In this document: positions 8,670 through 17,510 of the stretch, piece by piece
How positions within the stretch are numbered: the stretch's first letter is position 1
Layout: every line of letters begins with the position of its first letter
NCBI GenBank assembly: GCA_902778725.1
Contig: CACYYS010000001.1
Coordinates: 12,130 to 76,129 of the forward strand
Direction: 5' to 3'
DNA length: 64,000 nt
Source: an uncultured Ruminococcus sp.
Lineage (GTDB): Bacteria; Bacillota; Clostridia; Oscillospirales; CAG-272
The notes under the pieces: model-generated
Told to the model about the DNA's origin: nothing
Database searches by the model: none
Seen by the model: only the letters and a program-made list of their open reading frames with translations
Made by a program: the position numbers and the translations under genes

Positions 8670-9404
8670 TTACTTCAGCAGGGGCAGATCGCATTTTTTA
8701 CACCGGTCGGCCTCAACGGGATTTTTTGTTCCGCAGTTCACGCAGGCGAGATACGGCGCACGGGATTTATCGTACAGCTCATACGGGAAAGGGAACTGCG
8801 GATGATATCGGAAGCGGTCGCCGATCTCCAGGTAGTTGTACGCCCAGAGCTGCGATCCCTCGTATTCGACGATCTTCTTTTTCTTTCCGTCGGCCGTTCT
8901 CACGACGGTGATATATTCGGTGATACGCTCACGGGAATCCGAGGTTCCGTGACGGTAGGTATCGCGGGAGCTCTTGTCGATCACCGTCGCTTCGTAGGTG
9001 TTCTTTGCGCGTTCCCTGATGAAACTGAAAAGCGCGAAAACAAGGAACACCGCCGAAACGATCCCGCCGATCATCGCCGCCTGAGCGATCTCCATCTGAT
9101 CGCTGACGACGCTGTAGATCACAAAGCCGATCAGCGGTAGCGGAACGAGGAAGAAGGCGAAGACGCCCGCCGCCTTGCGGTTTTTCTTGACGGCGGCGAG
9201 GATCTCCGGGTGGTTCACCCGGTCCGAGAACCCCGGCGCGGGGATCCCCTGCCGTACGGCGCCGGTCCCGGCGCAGGCGGGCGCTCCGTACGCGGGAGCG
9301 CCGTTCGGCTGCGCCGGCGCGGCGTTTTGCGCCGCGCCGCAGTTCGGGCAGAATTTAGTGTTTTCCTCTGTTGGCGCTCCGCAGTTCTGACAGAATTTTG
9401 ACAT
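8670..9404 (-). CDS. Double zinc-ribbon membrane protein (244 aa), function unknown
   Basis: MSKFCQNCGAPTEENTKFCPNCG at the N-terminus and CVNCGTKNPVEADRCKKCD at the C-terminus. Two TM segments lie between them. AAGGAGGGA RBS before the ATG at 9404. Confidence 0.8.
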   Translation of the reverse strand: MSKFCQNCGAPTEENTKFCPNCGAAQNAAPAQPNGAPAYGAPACAGTGAVRQGIPAPGFSDRVNHPEILAAVKKNRKAAGVFAFFLVPLPLIGFVIYSVVSDQMEIAQAAMIGGIVSAVFLVFALFSFIRERAKNTYEATVIDKSSRDTYRHGTSDSRERITEYITVVRTADGKKKKIVEYEGSQLWAYNYLEIGDRFRYHPQFPFPYELYDKSRAPYLACVNCGTKNPVEADRCKKCDLPLLK

Positions 9405-9440
9405 ATCGTTCCCTCCTTGGTTCTTTCATTCTTTGGTTCC

Positions 9441-12400
9441 TTAATTCTTTGCCGGCGGGAGCGGGGGGTCCTTTGGCACATCGATTACGGATGCTGAGAA
9501 TGGCACGCTTCCGTATAACTCATTGAAAAGATATGCGAAGAAGCCGCCTTCGGCTATGATCTGTCCCGTTTTCGATATCGCGTCGGACAGCGCTTTGTTC
9601 ACGTCGACCGCGCACTCGTAGTTTTTATTGTTTACTTCAAAGTAGAACGTAACGATCAGATGACCGTCTGAGTTGAATTCAAATCCGTTCTGCGACGAAA
9701 TAAACTTGTCGTGGATCTTGGTGTCGAGTTCCACAAGTTTGTCGATCCCCATACCGAACAGACCGTCGAGGTACTTGCGAAGTATTTCCGATCTCGTCAG
9801 TCCGTCGACCGCGCGCAGATCGAGCAGCGTCGCCGACGAACCGAGATGCTTGCTGACGAACGAGCCGCACCACGCGCTCAGTTTGGCGCGGAAGCCGGGG
9901 CATTTTTTTAGCGCGGCGTCGAACAGATGACCCGCTGCAGCTTTCAGACCCGTTGCCGTCGTATCCGCGAAACCGTGGACTATCGCTCCGTAAAGATCGA
10001 ACTTGTTCTCCTCGCGCAGCGTCATATAAAAGTTCTTTATCGAAGCGAATGCGAAATACGCGCCGAGCGTATACGCCGCCTGCTTCCAGTTTGCGAAGCT
10101 GATATTGCCGGATACGAAGTTGTCGAATATCGCGAACACGTTTTTGCTGAAGTTGAAATTATCGGGGTTTACGGATTGGCCGCGCATCCAGCACGCCACT
10201 GTCTCGCCAATCGCCTCGGCGAGAAAGTCCTTCGTCGGCGATATTATCGCGTCCGCGACGGGACCGGCGTACATATTCACGAGTATCGAAAAGGCGCAGT
10301 CGCCGAAGAATTTTGCCCATTCAAGGTAATCTATGATGACGTCGTATACCTTGGCTTCGTCCTGGCTCTTCATACTCTGGATCGTCCAGTAGGTCATATA
10401 CTGGCGTACGATCCATTTGCTCGTGAGCCTCAGCTCTTCGGTCGTACAGCGCGGATCCTCGGCAAGACTTGCGAGACGTTTGAGCAGATCGTCCTTGTTT
10501 TCCGGCAGGGAGAATTTTTCGATGCGTCCTTTCAGCTTATCGTATTCCTCTTCCCATCCCGCCATCGGGTCGAAATCTTTGCCGCGCAGTCTCAGCGGTA
10601 TATCGGCTTTATATTCTTCGCCGTCATATTCTGCGGTGCAGGGAAGCAATACGATGAAGAACTTCCCGTCGTCCGGCTCGCAGAGCGTTGAATTCGGCTC
10701 GAAATCGTAGGTGAACTTTTCGTTCAGAATACCGTACGACTCTTTATATTCAAATTTCTCCGCGATCGACTGTTCCTTGTCGGCGCGCATTCCGAGCCCG
10801 CCCGCGCCCTTGAGCTTTTCAAACTTGTATTCGGCTTCCTTCGGGTCGATGATCGCCTTGTCCTTGCCGGTGTGGGCGAGCGTGAATTTGATCTCGGAAA
10901 CCTGCCACTTTTTGTCGAGATCGCCGGCGTATTCCTTTTCGTACGCCTGCACGCGGACGTATTTGACGCTGTTCTTCTTGCCCTCCTGCGTGGAGGAGAC
11001 CGTGATCCCCTCGGGATAGAGAGTCACCGTGACGTAGCCCTTGACCGGCTCCTTTTCGCCCTCGACCGCGACGCGGATCTCGAAGTTCCTGTCCTTCGGC
11101 TTCTCGAAGATATCGTGATCCGGCTCGGGCTTGGTGTTGTTCTTTACGTTCATCCGGTAGACCGCCGGCCGGTCGGTCAACTCGAACTCCACGTCAAACT
11201 CGCCCGGGTTGACGGCGGTGATGTCGGAGAGCTTGGGTGCCGTCGGCGCGTCCACTATCGCAAAGCGCTCCGTATAGGTAAATCCGTCGCCGGGGATCGC
11301 GTCGATGCCGCATCCGCTGCCGTACAGCGTCCCGTCGGATTCGTCGATGAATTTGAGCTGAGGACCGTCGACCACCCGGAAAACGACGGTGTTGGTAAAG
11401 CTGCCGCCCTCTCCCGTAAAGGTAAAGGTGATGCTCGCCGTGTCCTTATCGTATTCTTTCGGCACGCTGACCGTCGCCTCGCAGTAGCGTCCGGCGAGCG
11501 CGGCGCCGTGCACGGTCATGCCGTCGGCGGAGACTGCGATCAGCGCGGTCAGATCGCCGCGGTCCCGCTCGGCCGTCCCCTCGACCTCCGCCATCCTCGC
11601 GCGGATCACCACGGGCTTGTCGCCGCCGCGTCTTATCGCGTCGCCGAAGTCCTTCTGCACGTACATCTTGTACGTTTTCTGCGTTCTCTTTTTATCGTCG
11701 GCGCCGCCGGACGCCGCCGCCGCGCCCGCGACCGCCGCGCCGCCGCCCAAGACGCCGATCACGATCGCCGCGGGGACGGATACGCCGCCGTCCTCGCCGG
11801 GGTCCGTCTCGGCGTGCTTGGTAACGCCCGCGATATTGAAGCCCTCGTAAGTGATCGGTTCGTCCGCTTTGACCTCCGGCATCATACTGTACAGAGTCGG
11901 CGCCATGGCGACAGTCGCCTTCCATTTTTCCATCATATCGTTGTACAGATCCACCGCTTCTTTTTTGGGGCTTACCAGGCCGATCTTGTGGCCGGTCAGC
12001 CGGTTAAGCAGCACATGATTTACGGTATATGCGTCAGAGATCCCGGGAATGCGGGTATAGTAGTAGTATTCGTAGGTTTCCTGAGTCGATTCGTACTTCA
12101 ATTCCTCGATCAGCGTAGAACCGCCTTCGTGGTACTTGAGTCTTTTATAGGTTTCCTTGGGTGAATCGTCCCATAAGCTGTGGTAGGCGACAAGGATACT
12201 GTCTCCGCCGCCCTGGCGCTCCACGGTTATGGTATTTCTCTCGTCTGTATTAGCCTCTTTTTCCTTATTCCATTCTTCGTACTGATTCTGCGCCGCATCC
12301 TCCATTGTGGGGGTGTTGCCGTATTTCATATGATAGAGGGTGATATGCGGCTGATTCGCCACCACGTAGCCGTAACAATACGCTTCCGTTTCCCCCGGCT

Positions 12401-12881
12401 GAAGACCCTTGTTCTCCCTGCTGAAATCCTCGTAGTAGTATTGATACTGATATTCGTTGATATAGTCGTCGACCATATTGTCCTTGACGTCATTGCGCCC
12501 GGCCGAGAAGTCCGCAACGTAATATCTGTACTTGCGGCCCGGCGTATACAGGCTCGTATATGCGGAGGGGAGTTTATAGGTGAGATGGACCTTCTGCTCA
12601 AACAGGCGGTACCCCGGTTTCTCCTTGGCGTCCCGGGCGTTGAACAGATAGTAAAGCAAAAGCTTCTCGCCTGTATCCGTAACCTTGTCCGGGTACGTGT
12701 CGCCCCAGTAGAAGTCCAGTTCAAAATTGTTCCGCGTTTCCGCCCTGACTTCATAATTGGGATTGTTGATGAATTTGTCATAATTGAAGAGGTCCGCCGC
12801 AAGCGAGGGGAATGCGAGATACGGGACGGTCAGGAACGCCGCGAACGCGCCGCACAACAGTTTCAGCAGGATCTTTTTCAT
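9441..12881 (-). CDS. Large exported/membrane protein (1146 aa), no recognisable domain
   Basis: ORF 9441..13244 trimmed to the ATG at 12881, which gives a signal peptide MKKILLKLLCGAFAAFLTVPYLAFPSLAADL. Mid-chain TM VPAAIVIGVLGGGAAVAGAAAA is followed by DDKKRTQK. The ATGA start/stop overlap with the upstream gene supports this start. Confidence 0.8.
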   Translation of the reverse strand: MKKILLKLLCGAFAAFLTVPYLAFPSLAADLFNYDKFINNPNYEVRAETRNNFELDFYWGDTYPDKVTDTGEKLLLYYLFNARDAKEKPGYRLFEQKVHLTYKLPSAYTSLYTPGRKYRYYVADFSAGRNDVKDNMVDDYINEYQYQYYYEDFSRENKGLQPGETEAYCYGYVVANQPHITLYHMKYGNTPTMEDAAQNQYEEWNKEKEANTDERNTITVERQGGGDSILVAYHSLWDDSPKETYKRLKYHEGGSTLIEELKYESTQETYEYYYYTRIPGISDAYTVNHVLLNRLTGHKIGLVSPKKEAVDLYNDMMEKWKATVAMAPTLYSMMPEVKADEPITYEGFNIAGVTKHAETDPGEDGGVSVPAAIVIGVLGGGAAVAGAAAASGGADDKKRTQKTYKMYVQKDFGDAIRRGGDKPVVIRARMAEVEGTAERDRGDLTALIAVSADGMTVHGAALAGRYCEATVSVPKEYDKDTASITFTFTGEGGSFTNTVVFRVVDGPQLKFIDESDGTLYGSGCGIDAIPGDGFTYTERFAIVDAPTAPKLSDITAVNPGEFDVEFELTDRPAVYRMNVKNNTKPEPDHDIFEKPKDRNFEIRVAVEGEKEPVKGYVTVTLYPEGITVSSTQEGKKNSVKYVRVQAYEKEYAGDLDKKWQVSEIKFTLAHTGKDKAIIDPKEAEYKFEKLKGAGGLGMRADKEQSIAEKFEYKESYGILNEKFTYDFEPNSTLCEPDDGKFFIVLLPCTAEYDGEEYKADIPLRLRGKDFDPMAGWEEEYDKLKGRIEKFSLPENKDDLLKRLASLAEDPRCTTEELRLTSKWIVRQYMTYWTIQSMKSQDEAKVYDVIIDYLEWAKFFGDCAFSILVNMYAGPVADAIISPTKDFLAEAIGETVACWMRGQSVNPDNFNFSKNVFAIFDNFVSGNISFANWKQAAYTLGAYFAFASIKNFYMTLREENKFDLYGAIVHGFADTTATGLKAAAGHLFDAALKKCPGFRAKLSAWCGSFVSKHLGSSATLLDLRAVDGLTRSEILRKYLDGLFGMGIDKLVELDTKIHDKFISSQNGFEFNSDGHLIVTFYFEVNNKNYECAVDVNKALSDAISKTGQIIAEGGFFAYLFNELYGSVPFSASVIDVPKDPPLPPAKN

Positions 12882-13810
12882 GCTTTCGCCCCCTTTCCGA
12901 ATTTGACGACGCCCGTCGCCTGCAGGATCATTATCACGCCGCCGCCGGCAAACAGCAGACCGCCGAAAATGAGCAGAATAAGCTTGACGCCGGTCATTCC
13001 GAGCAAAGCCGCCGCCGCAAAACCGGCGGCAAGCCCGCGGACGATCCCCGAAACGTTCGGGTGCGACGCGTTTTTGCTCTTTGTGAACGATCCGAGCAGC
13101 TGCCGTAAAAATCCGCCGGACAGCGCCGCTCTCGCCGCGAGGAACGCCGCCGCGATCCCGCCCATAAAAGAGGCGCGGGTCGCCCCGCCGGAGATGAATA
13201 AGTAGAGAAGCATTGCCGCGCCGATCCCGCAGAGATACGCCCACAGCGTATCAAGCGAGACGCCGAAGGCGCCCTTGACCGTCTCCCCGAAGGACCGCTT
13301 CACGCCGCCCTTGCGGGTAAAGAGCCCGATCAGCGAGACGAGCGCGCCGGCGAAGATCCCTTTGCCGACGATCCCGCCGACGGCGCCGATGACGCCGCCC
13401 GACGTCCCGCCGCCCGCAAAGGTGAGGAAGGAGAGGATCCGCGTCGGAAACGGGTTTACTCCGCACGCCTGCAGAACGTTCAAAACGAGCCACACGAGAG
13501 CCAGCGCGAGCGCGGGGATCAGACGCTTCGGGTCCTTTACCGCCGCGCCGACAGAGGAGAAGAACGATTTCAGACCCGCTCCGATCACTCCGCCCGGTTC
13601 CGAAATCGCGTTCGATACGGCTCTCGCCGCGGTATCGGCGACCGCGCCGCACGCCGCCTCGCCCGAAAAAGCCGGAGCGGTAAAGTTGAATTTCTGCGGC
13701 TCCGGCGGCTGCTGCGCCGGGCCGTCCGGTACGCCGCCGATCGCGCTCCCGCATTTGCCGCAGAAGCGCGCGGTATCCGCCAGCTCGTTTCCGCATTTCG
13801 GACAGAACAT
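12878..13810 (-). CDS. Zinc-ribbon / glycine-rich polytopic membrane protein (310 aa), function unknown
   Basis: MFCPKCGNELADTARFCGKCG, then a Pro-rich linker and a multi-TM domain paralogous to aa 68-300 of the 6229..8568 product. GGAGG RBS before the ATG at 13810. Confidence 0.85.
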   Translation of the reverse strand: MFCPKCGNELADTARFCGKCGSAIGGVPDGPAQQPPEPQKFNFTAPAFSGEAACGAVADTAARAVSNAISEPGGVIGAGLKSFFSSVGAAVKDPKRLIPALALALVWLVLNVLQACGVNPFPTRILSFLTFAGGGTSGGVIGAVGGIVGKGIFAGALVSLIGLFTRKGGVKRSFGETVKGAFGVSLDTLWAYLCGIGAAMLLYLFISGGATRASFMGGIAAAFLAARAALSGGFLRQLLGSFTKSKNASHPNVSGIVRGLAAGFAAAALLGMTGVKLILLIFGGLLFAGGGVIMILQATGVVKFGKGAKA

Positions 13811-13847
13811 AAAACGCCTCCTCTATGATCAGACAGATTATAAAAAT

Positions 13848-13876
13848 ATTATACTAAAGGGAACGGAACGTCTCAA
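13848..13876 (-). promoter_or_regulatory. Candidate SigA-type promoter of the zinc-ribbon operon
   Basis: Minus strand reads TTGAGA (13871-13876), a 17-nt spacer, then TATAAT (13848-13853), about 40 nt upstream of the ATG at 13810. Confidence 0.55.
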
Positions 13877-13889
13877 GGATTGCCTCGGC

Positions 13890-13904
13890 ATTGTCATTGA
13901 CAAT
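13890..13904. promoter_or_regulatory. Perfect 15-bp palindrome ATTGTCAtTGACAAT in the divergent control region
   Basis: Read directly. It lies between the two divergent promoters, so it is a candidate operator. Confidence 0.5.
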
Positions 13905-13920
13905 TTTTCAGGCAAAACCC

Positions 13921-13949
13921 TTGATTTCCGGAAGGATCCGGGCTATACT
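13921..13949 (+). promoter_or_regulatory. Candidate promoter of the double-HTH regulator
   Basis: TTGATT (13921-13926), 17 nt, TATACT (13944-13949). The ATG at 13984 follows a GGAGAAGGGG RBS. Confidence 0.55.
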
Positions 13950-13983
13950 GGACGTGACCGACAGAAACGGAAAGGAGAAGGGG

Positions 13984-15795
13984 ATGTTCCGGCAAAGGAT
14001 AAAAGAGTTACTCTCTCTGCTCGGGGTCGGCTCGGCCGACCTTGCGCGCCTCGCGGGGTGCGACCAGTCGCATATCAGCCGGATGGTCAGCGGCGCCCGC
14101 GTACCGAAAAACGGCGGCGCCGGCGCGTGGCGCCTGGTGCAGGGCGTCTATCTCTGCGCCGACGAAAAGGGGATGGTCAACGCGCTCTGCGACCTTGTTT
14201 CCTGCGGCGACCGGGGAGACGCCGACGCCGTCCGGCGGGCGGTGATGCTTTATCTCTACAAGGGGGAGGCGCCGCGCGGGGCGGGAGCGCCGAGGGAGAA
14301 GACGCCCTACCGCGCCTTCGGGGAGAGGCTCGGCGCCGTCATGGATCTGACCGGGCTCTCGAACATCCGCCTCGGCAAAGCCCTCAATCTCGATCCCTCC
14401 TACGTCAGCCGCTTCCGCAACGGCTTCCGCTCGCCGAAAGCGAATCCGAAGACGATGAGCGATCTCTGCCTCTTTCTGCTCGACCGGACCTTTGAACAGG
14501 GCAAGGAGGGGGAGCTGGCGCGCCTGACGGGCGAGCCGGTCGAAGAGTTTTCCGACCGGGAGAAGGCGGCGGAGATCCTCTATCTCTGGCTTTACAGCAA
14601 CGACGGAGGGGACAGCGGCCCCCTCGTGGAAAGGTTGATCGACCAGATCGGCTTCTTCTCCGCAAAGGTCAAAAAGCCGCCGCTCTCCTTTGAGGCGGCG
14701 GCGGACACGGAGATCCTCGCGGATACGGCGGAGACCTATTACGGAAGGGAGGGACTGCGGCGCGCGGTCATCCGCTTCCTCGGCAGCGTCATCCGGCGGG
14801 GGGAGCGGGAGCTCTTCCTCTATTCCGACCAGAATATGGACTGGATGGTCTCCGATCCTCTTTTCCGCGCAAAATGGGCGACGCTGATGGCGCTCTCCGT
14901 CGCCGGAGGCGTGAAGATCACCATCATCCACAACATCAACCGCGATCTCTCCGAGATGGCGTCGGCGATCGAGAGCTGGCTGCCGCTCTATCCCTCCGGC
15001 AGGATCCGTTCCTACTACTGCAAAACGCCGCACCGGCCGCGTTTTTCCGCCACGCTTTTCCTCTGCCCGGGCTGCGCCTGCATCTTTGGCTGCAACGTGA
15101 TCGGCGCGGAGGACGGGACGGGGATGTACCGCTACGATACCGACCCCGCGCAGCTTGCGGCGCACGGGGCGGCGTACCGCGAGCTGCTCTCCCGCTCCGG
15201 GGAACTGGTCAGGGTGTACCGGACGTCGGATCTCACGTATCCGGAACGGCGGGACGGTTCCGCGTTCGCCGTTTTCGGCGGCGCGCTCTCCCTCGCCACG
15301 ATGCCGGAGGAGGTCCTGCGTTCCGCGCTCGGGCGCAGCGGAGCGGACGAAGAGAGGAAAAAATACCTTCTCCGGCTCCGGGAGGAACGCTTCGCTTTTC
15401 TGAAGCGGAGCGCGGAGCGGGGCGGTTTTCACGAATACGCGCCCGTGGCGGCGGCGGAGGCGCTCCCGGGCGGCTCGGTCCGGATGGATCTGCCGGAGCT
15501 TTCCGTTTCCTACACGCCGCGGGAGTACGCGGCGCACGTCCGCCGCGTCATCGGGATCTCGGAGGAGCTGGTCGGCTACCGGTTCTATATTCTGCCGGAA
15601 GCGCCGTTCGAGGACGTGAAGGTCCTTATTTCCGACAGCGCCGTCGCCGTTTCCCGCCTGCGGGAGCCCTACCTCACCTTCCTCTTCGAGCATCCGGATC
15701 TCTGCCGCGCCTTTCTCGCTTACGCCGCGCGGATCCGGGATCAGTACAGCCAGGACAAGCTGACGACAAAGCGTATCCTCGAACGCTTCCTTTGA
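13984..15795 (+). CDS. Transcriptional regulator with two XRE-type HTH modules and a large unassigned C-terminal domain (603 aa)
   Basis: ORF 13891..15795 trimmed to the ATG at 13984 (MFRQRIKELL). HTH1 is LGVGSADLARLAGCDQSHISRMVSGARVP and HTH2 is TGLSNIRLGKALNLDPSYVSRFRNGFRSP. Confidence 0.75.
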   Translation: MFRQRIKELLSLLGVGSADLARLAGCDQSHISRMVSGARVPKNGGAGAWRLVQGVYLCADEKGMVNALCDLVSCGDRGDADAVRRAVMLYLYKGEAPRGAGAPREKTPYRAFGERLGAVMDLTGLSNIRLGKALNLDPSYVSRFRNGFRSPKANPKTMSDLCLFLLDRTFEQGKEGELARLTGEPVEEFSDREKAAEILYLWLYSNDGGDSGPLVERLIDQIGFFSAKVKKPPLSFEAAADTEILADTAETYYGREGLRRAVIRFLGSVIRRGERELFLYSDQNMDWMVSDPLFRAKWATLMALSVAGGVKITIIHNINRDLSEMASAIESWLPLYPSGRIRSYYCKTPHRPRFSATLFLCPGCACIFGCNVIGAEDGTGMYRYDTDPAQLAAHGAAYRELLSRSGELVRVYRTSDLTYPERRDGSAFAVFGGALSLATMPEEVLRSALGRSGADEERKKYLLRLREERFAFLKRSAERGGFHEYAPVAAAEALPGGSVRMDLPELSVSYTPREYAAHVRRVIGISEELVGYRFYILPEAPFEDVKVLISDSAVAVSRLREPYLTFLFEHPDLCRAFLAYAARIRDQYSQDKLTTKRILERFL

Positions 15796-15811
15796 AAAAT
15801 GCGAAAAAAAG

Positions 15812-15848
15812 AAAAGGGACAGGAGAAATATCCTGTCCTTTTCTGTTT
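15812..15848. terminator. Bidirectional intrinsic terminator
   Basis: AAAGGGACAGGA-gaaata-TCCTGTCCTTTT between convergent genes. Confidence 0.7.
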
Positions 15849-15857
15849 TCCGGAGCG

Positions 15858-17510
15858 TTATCTCCGCCCGGTCTTGACCAGCTGCGCCGAGAGCGCGGCA
15901 AAGACGGCGCCGAGCGCGAGGGAGAGGAGGGCGGAGCCGAGCGCCGCGGGGAGCATCGCCTCAAAGACGATCCCGAGGATCGCGGGGATCGCGATCGGCG
16001 CGAGACCGAAGTAGAGGAAGGAGACGGTGACGACCGATTTGAAGGTCTTGGCGACTCCCTCCGGGATCGCAAAATCGAGGAAAACGCCGACCGACGACGC
16101 GTAAAAGTTGACGCCGAGGGAGAGGAGGAGCCAGACGAGCGCCTCGGCGGGGAAGCCGAGCGCCGCCGCCGTGACGAGATAGGCGGGGAGGAGGTCGAGC
16201 AGGTTCTTCACGAATCCGGCGCAGAGCGACCAGGCGATCTTGGAGAGGGGGGAGGCGGGGACGAGGAAGAACCAGTCCTTCCGGCTGTCCTCGGCAAAGG
16301 GATTGCCGAGGGAGGTGTAGAAGGAGACGAAGGAGACGAGCAGTCCGAAGGGGAGGAAGCTGCCCGAGCGGATTACGGTCTTTTCGAGGAAGATCGCCCC
16401 GGCGGCGATCACGAGATAGGTGATCGCGGATTTGGTGAAAAAGCCGAGCGTCGCAAAGCGGCGGCGGTTGTAGAGGGCTTTGGCAAAGTAGGCGCGCGCC
16501 CCCTCGCCGGCGGGCAGCCTGTCGCGCAGGATCCTGTCGCCCCGGTCCGGTTTTTTGCGTTTGACGATGCCGCCCTCCGCCGCGGAAGCGAGCGCGGCGG
16601 CCGTCTCCTCGCTTTTCGCCTGCGCGTCCTCGTAGAAATCCGCCTTGATCCGCCAGATGAAGAAACAGACGGCGGGGAGGAAGAGGACGAGCGCTGCCAA
16701 AAAGAGGAGCGCGGGGAGGGTCTCTCCGGCGGCGGCGTGATAGCAGAGCCCCTTCAGCCATCCGGCGACGGGGATCAGCCGCGCCGGCAGCGTGCAGAAG
16801 AAGCGGCCGCCCGCCTCGAGCAGCCCGGCCATCTCAAACGGGATGCCGGAAGTCTTCCACCAGAGGAGGAAGGGGAAGAGGACGAGCGCGATCACGCCGT
16901 AGACGGTCCAGCGGACGTACTTTTTGACGCGGGGGTAGGTGGAGGCGAGGGTGTAGATGAAGACGCCGAGCAGTTTGGAATAAAAGAGGAGGAAGAGCCA
17001 CGCGCCGAAGAGCGCGACCCCCGCCATGGGCGGGAGATCCATCCCCCGGACGATGTTCGGGATCTGGAACGCCATATAGCCGCTGGCAAAGACCGCGGCG
17101 CCGAGCTGCAGCAGGAGCCGGAACATCAGGACCGACTGCGGCTTTGCGGGCGCGGGGAAGAGGAGCGTGGTATCGGCGGGCAGGAAGATCTGGCTCCCGC
17201 TCTTGTCTCCGGTGAGGGCGTCGATCACAAGGACGACGAGCGCGATCCCGCCGACGGCGAGCTCAAGGAGGATCAGCCCCTCCTCGCGCGAGAGGCCGGA
17301 AGGATCCTCCGGCTCCGGCTCGGTCTCGACTTCCTCCGGGGGCTCGCCGATCCCTTCTTCGACCGCCCCGCCGAGGAAGGAGAGCCCCACCCCGAGCAGG
17401 ATGCCGAAGAGGAAGCAGGCGAGGATGAAGACGATCACCCACGTCTTGAAAAGCTTTTTCAGCTGATTTTTGAAGGAATGGAGCGCGTAGAAAAAGAAGA
17501 GACGCGTCAT
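15858..17510 (-). CDS. Putative ABC exporter membrane component (multi-TM, 550 aa)
   Basis: MTRLFFFYALHSFKNQLKKLFKTWVIVFIL... with many TM segments. ATGA overlap with the upstream ATPase gene. Confidence 0.7.
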   Translation of the reverse strand: MTRLFFFYALHSFKNQLKKLFKTWVIVFILACFLFGILLGVGLSFLGGAVEEGIGEPPEEVETEPEPEDPSGLSREEGLILLELAVGGIALVVLVIDALTGDKSGSQIFLPADTTLLFPAPAKPQSVLMFRLLLQLGAAVFASGYMAFQIPNIVRGMDLPPMAGVALFGAWLFLLFYSKLLGVFIYTLASTYPRVKKYVRWTVYGVIALVLFPFLLWWKTSGIPFEMAGLLEAGGRFFCTLPARLIPVAGWLKGLCYHAAAGETLPALLFLAALVLFLPAVCFFIWRIKADFYEDAQAKSEETAAALASAAEGGIVKRKKPDRGDRILRDRLPAGEGARAYFAKALYNRRRFATLGFFTKSAITYLVIAAGAIFLEKTVIRSGSFLPFGLLVSFVSFYTSLGNPFAEDSRKDWFFLVPASPLSKIAWSLCAGFVKNLLDLLPAYLVTAAALGFPAEALVWLLLSLGVNFYASSVGVFLDFAIPEGVAKTFKSVVTVSFLYFGLAPIAIPAILGIVFEAMLPAALGSALLSLALGAVFAALSAQLVKTGRR

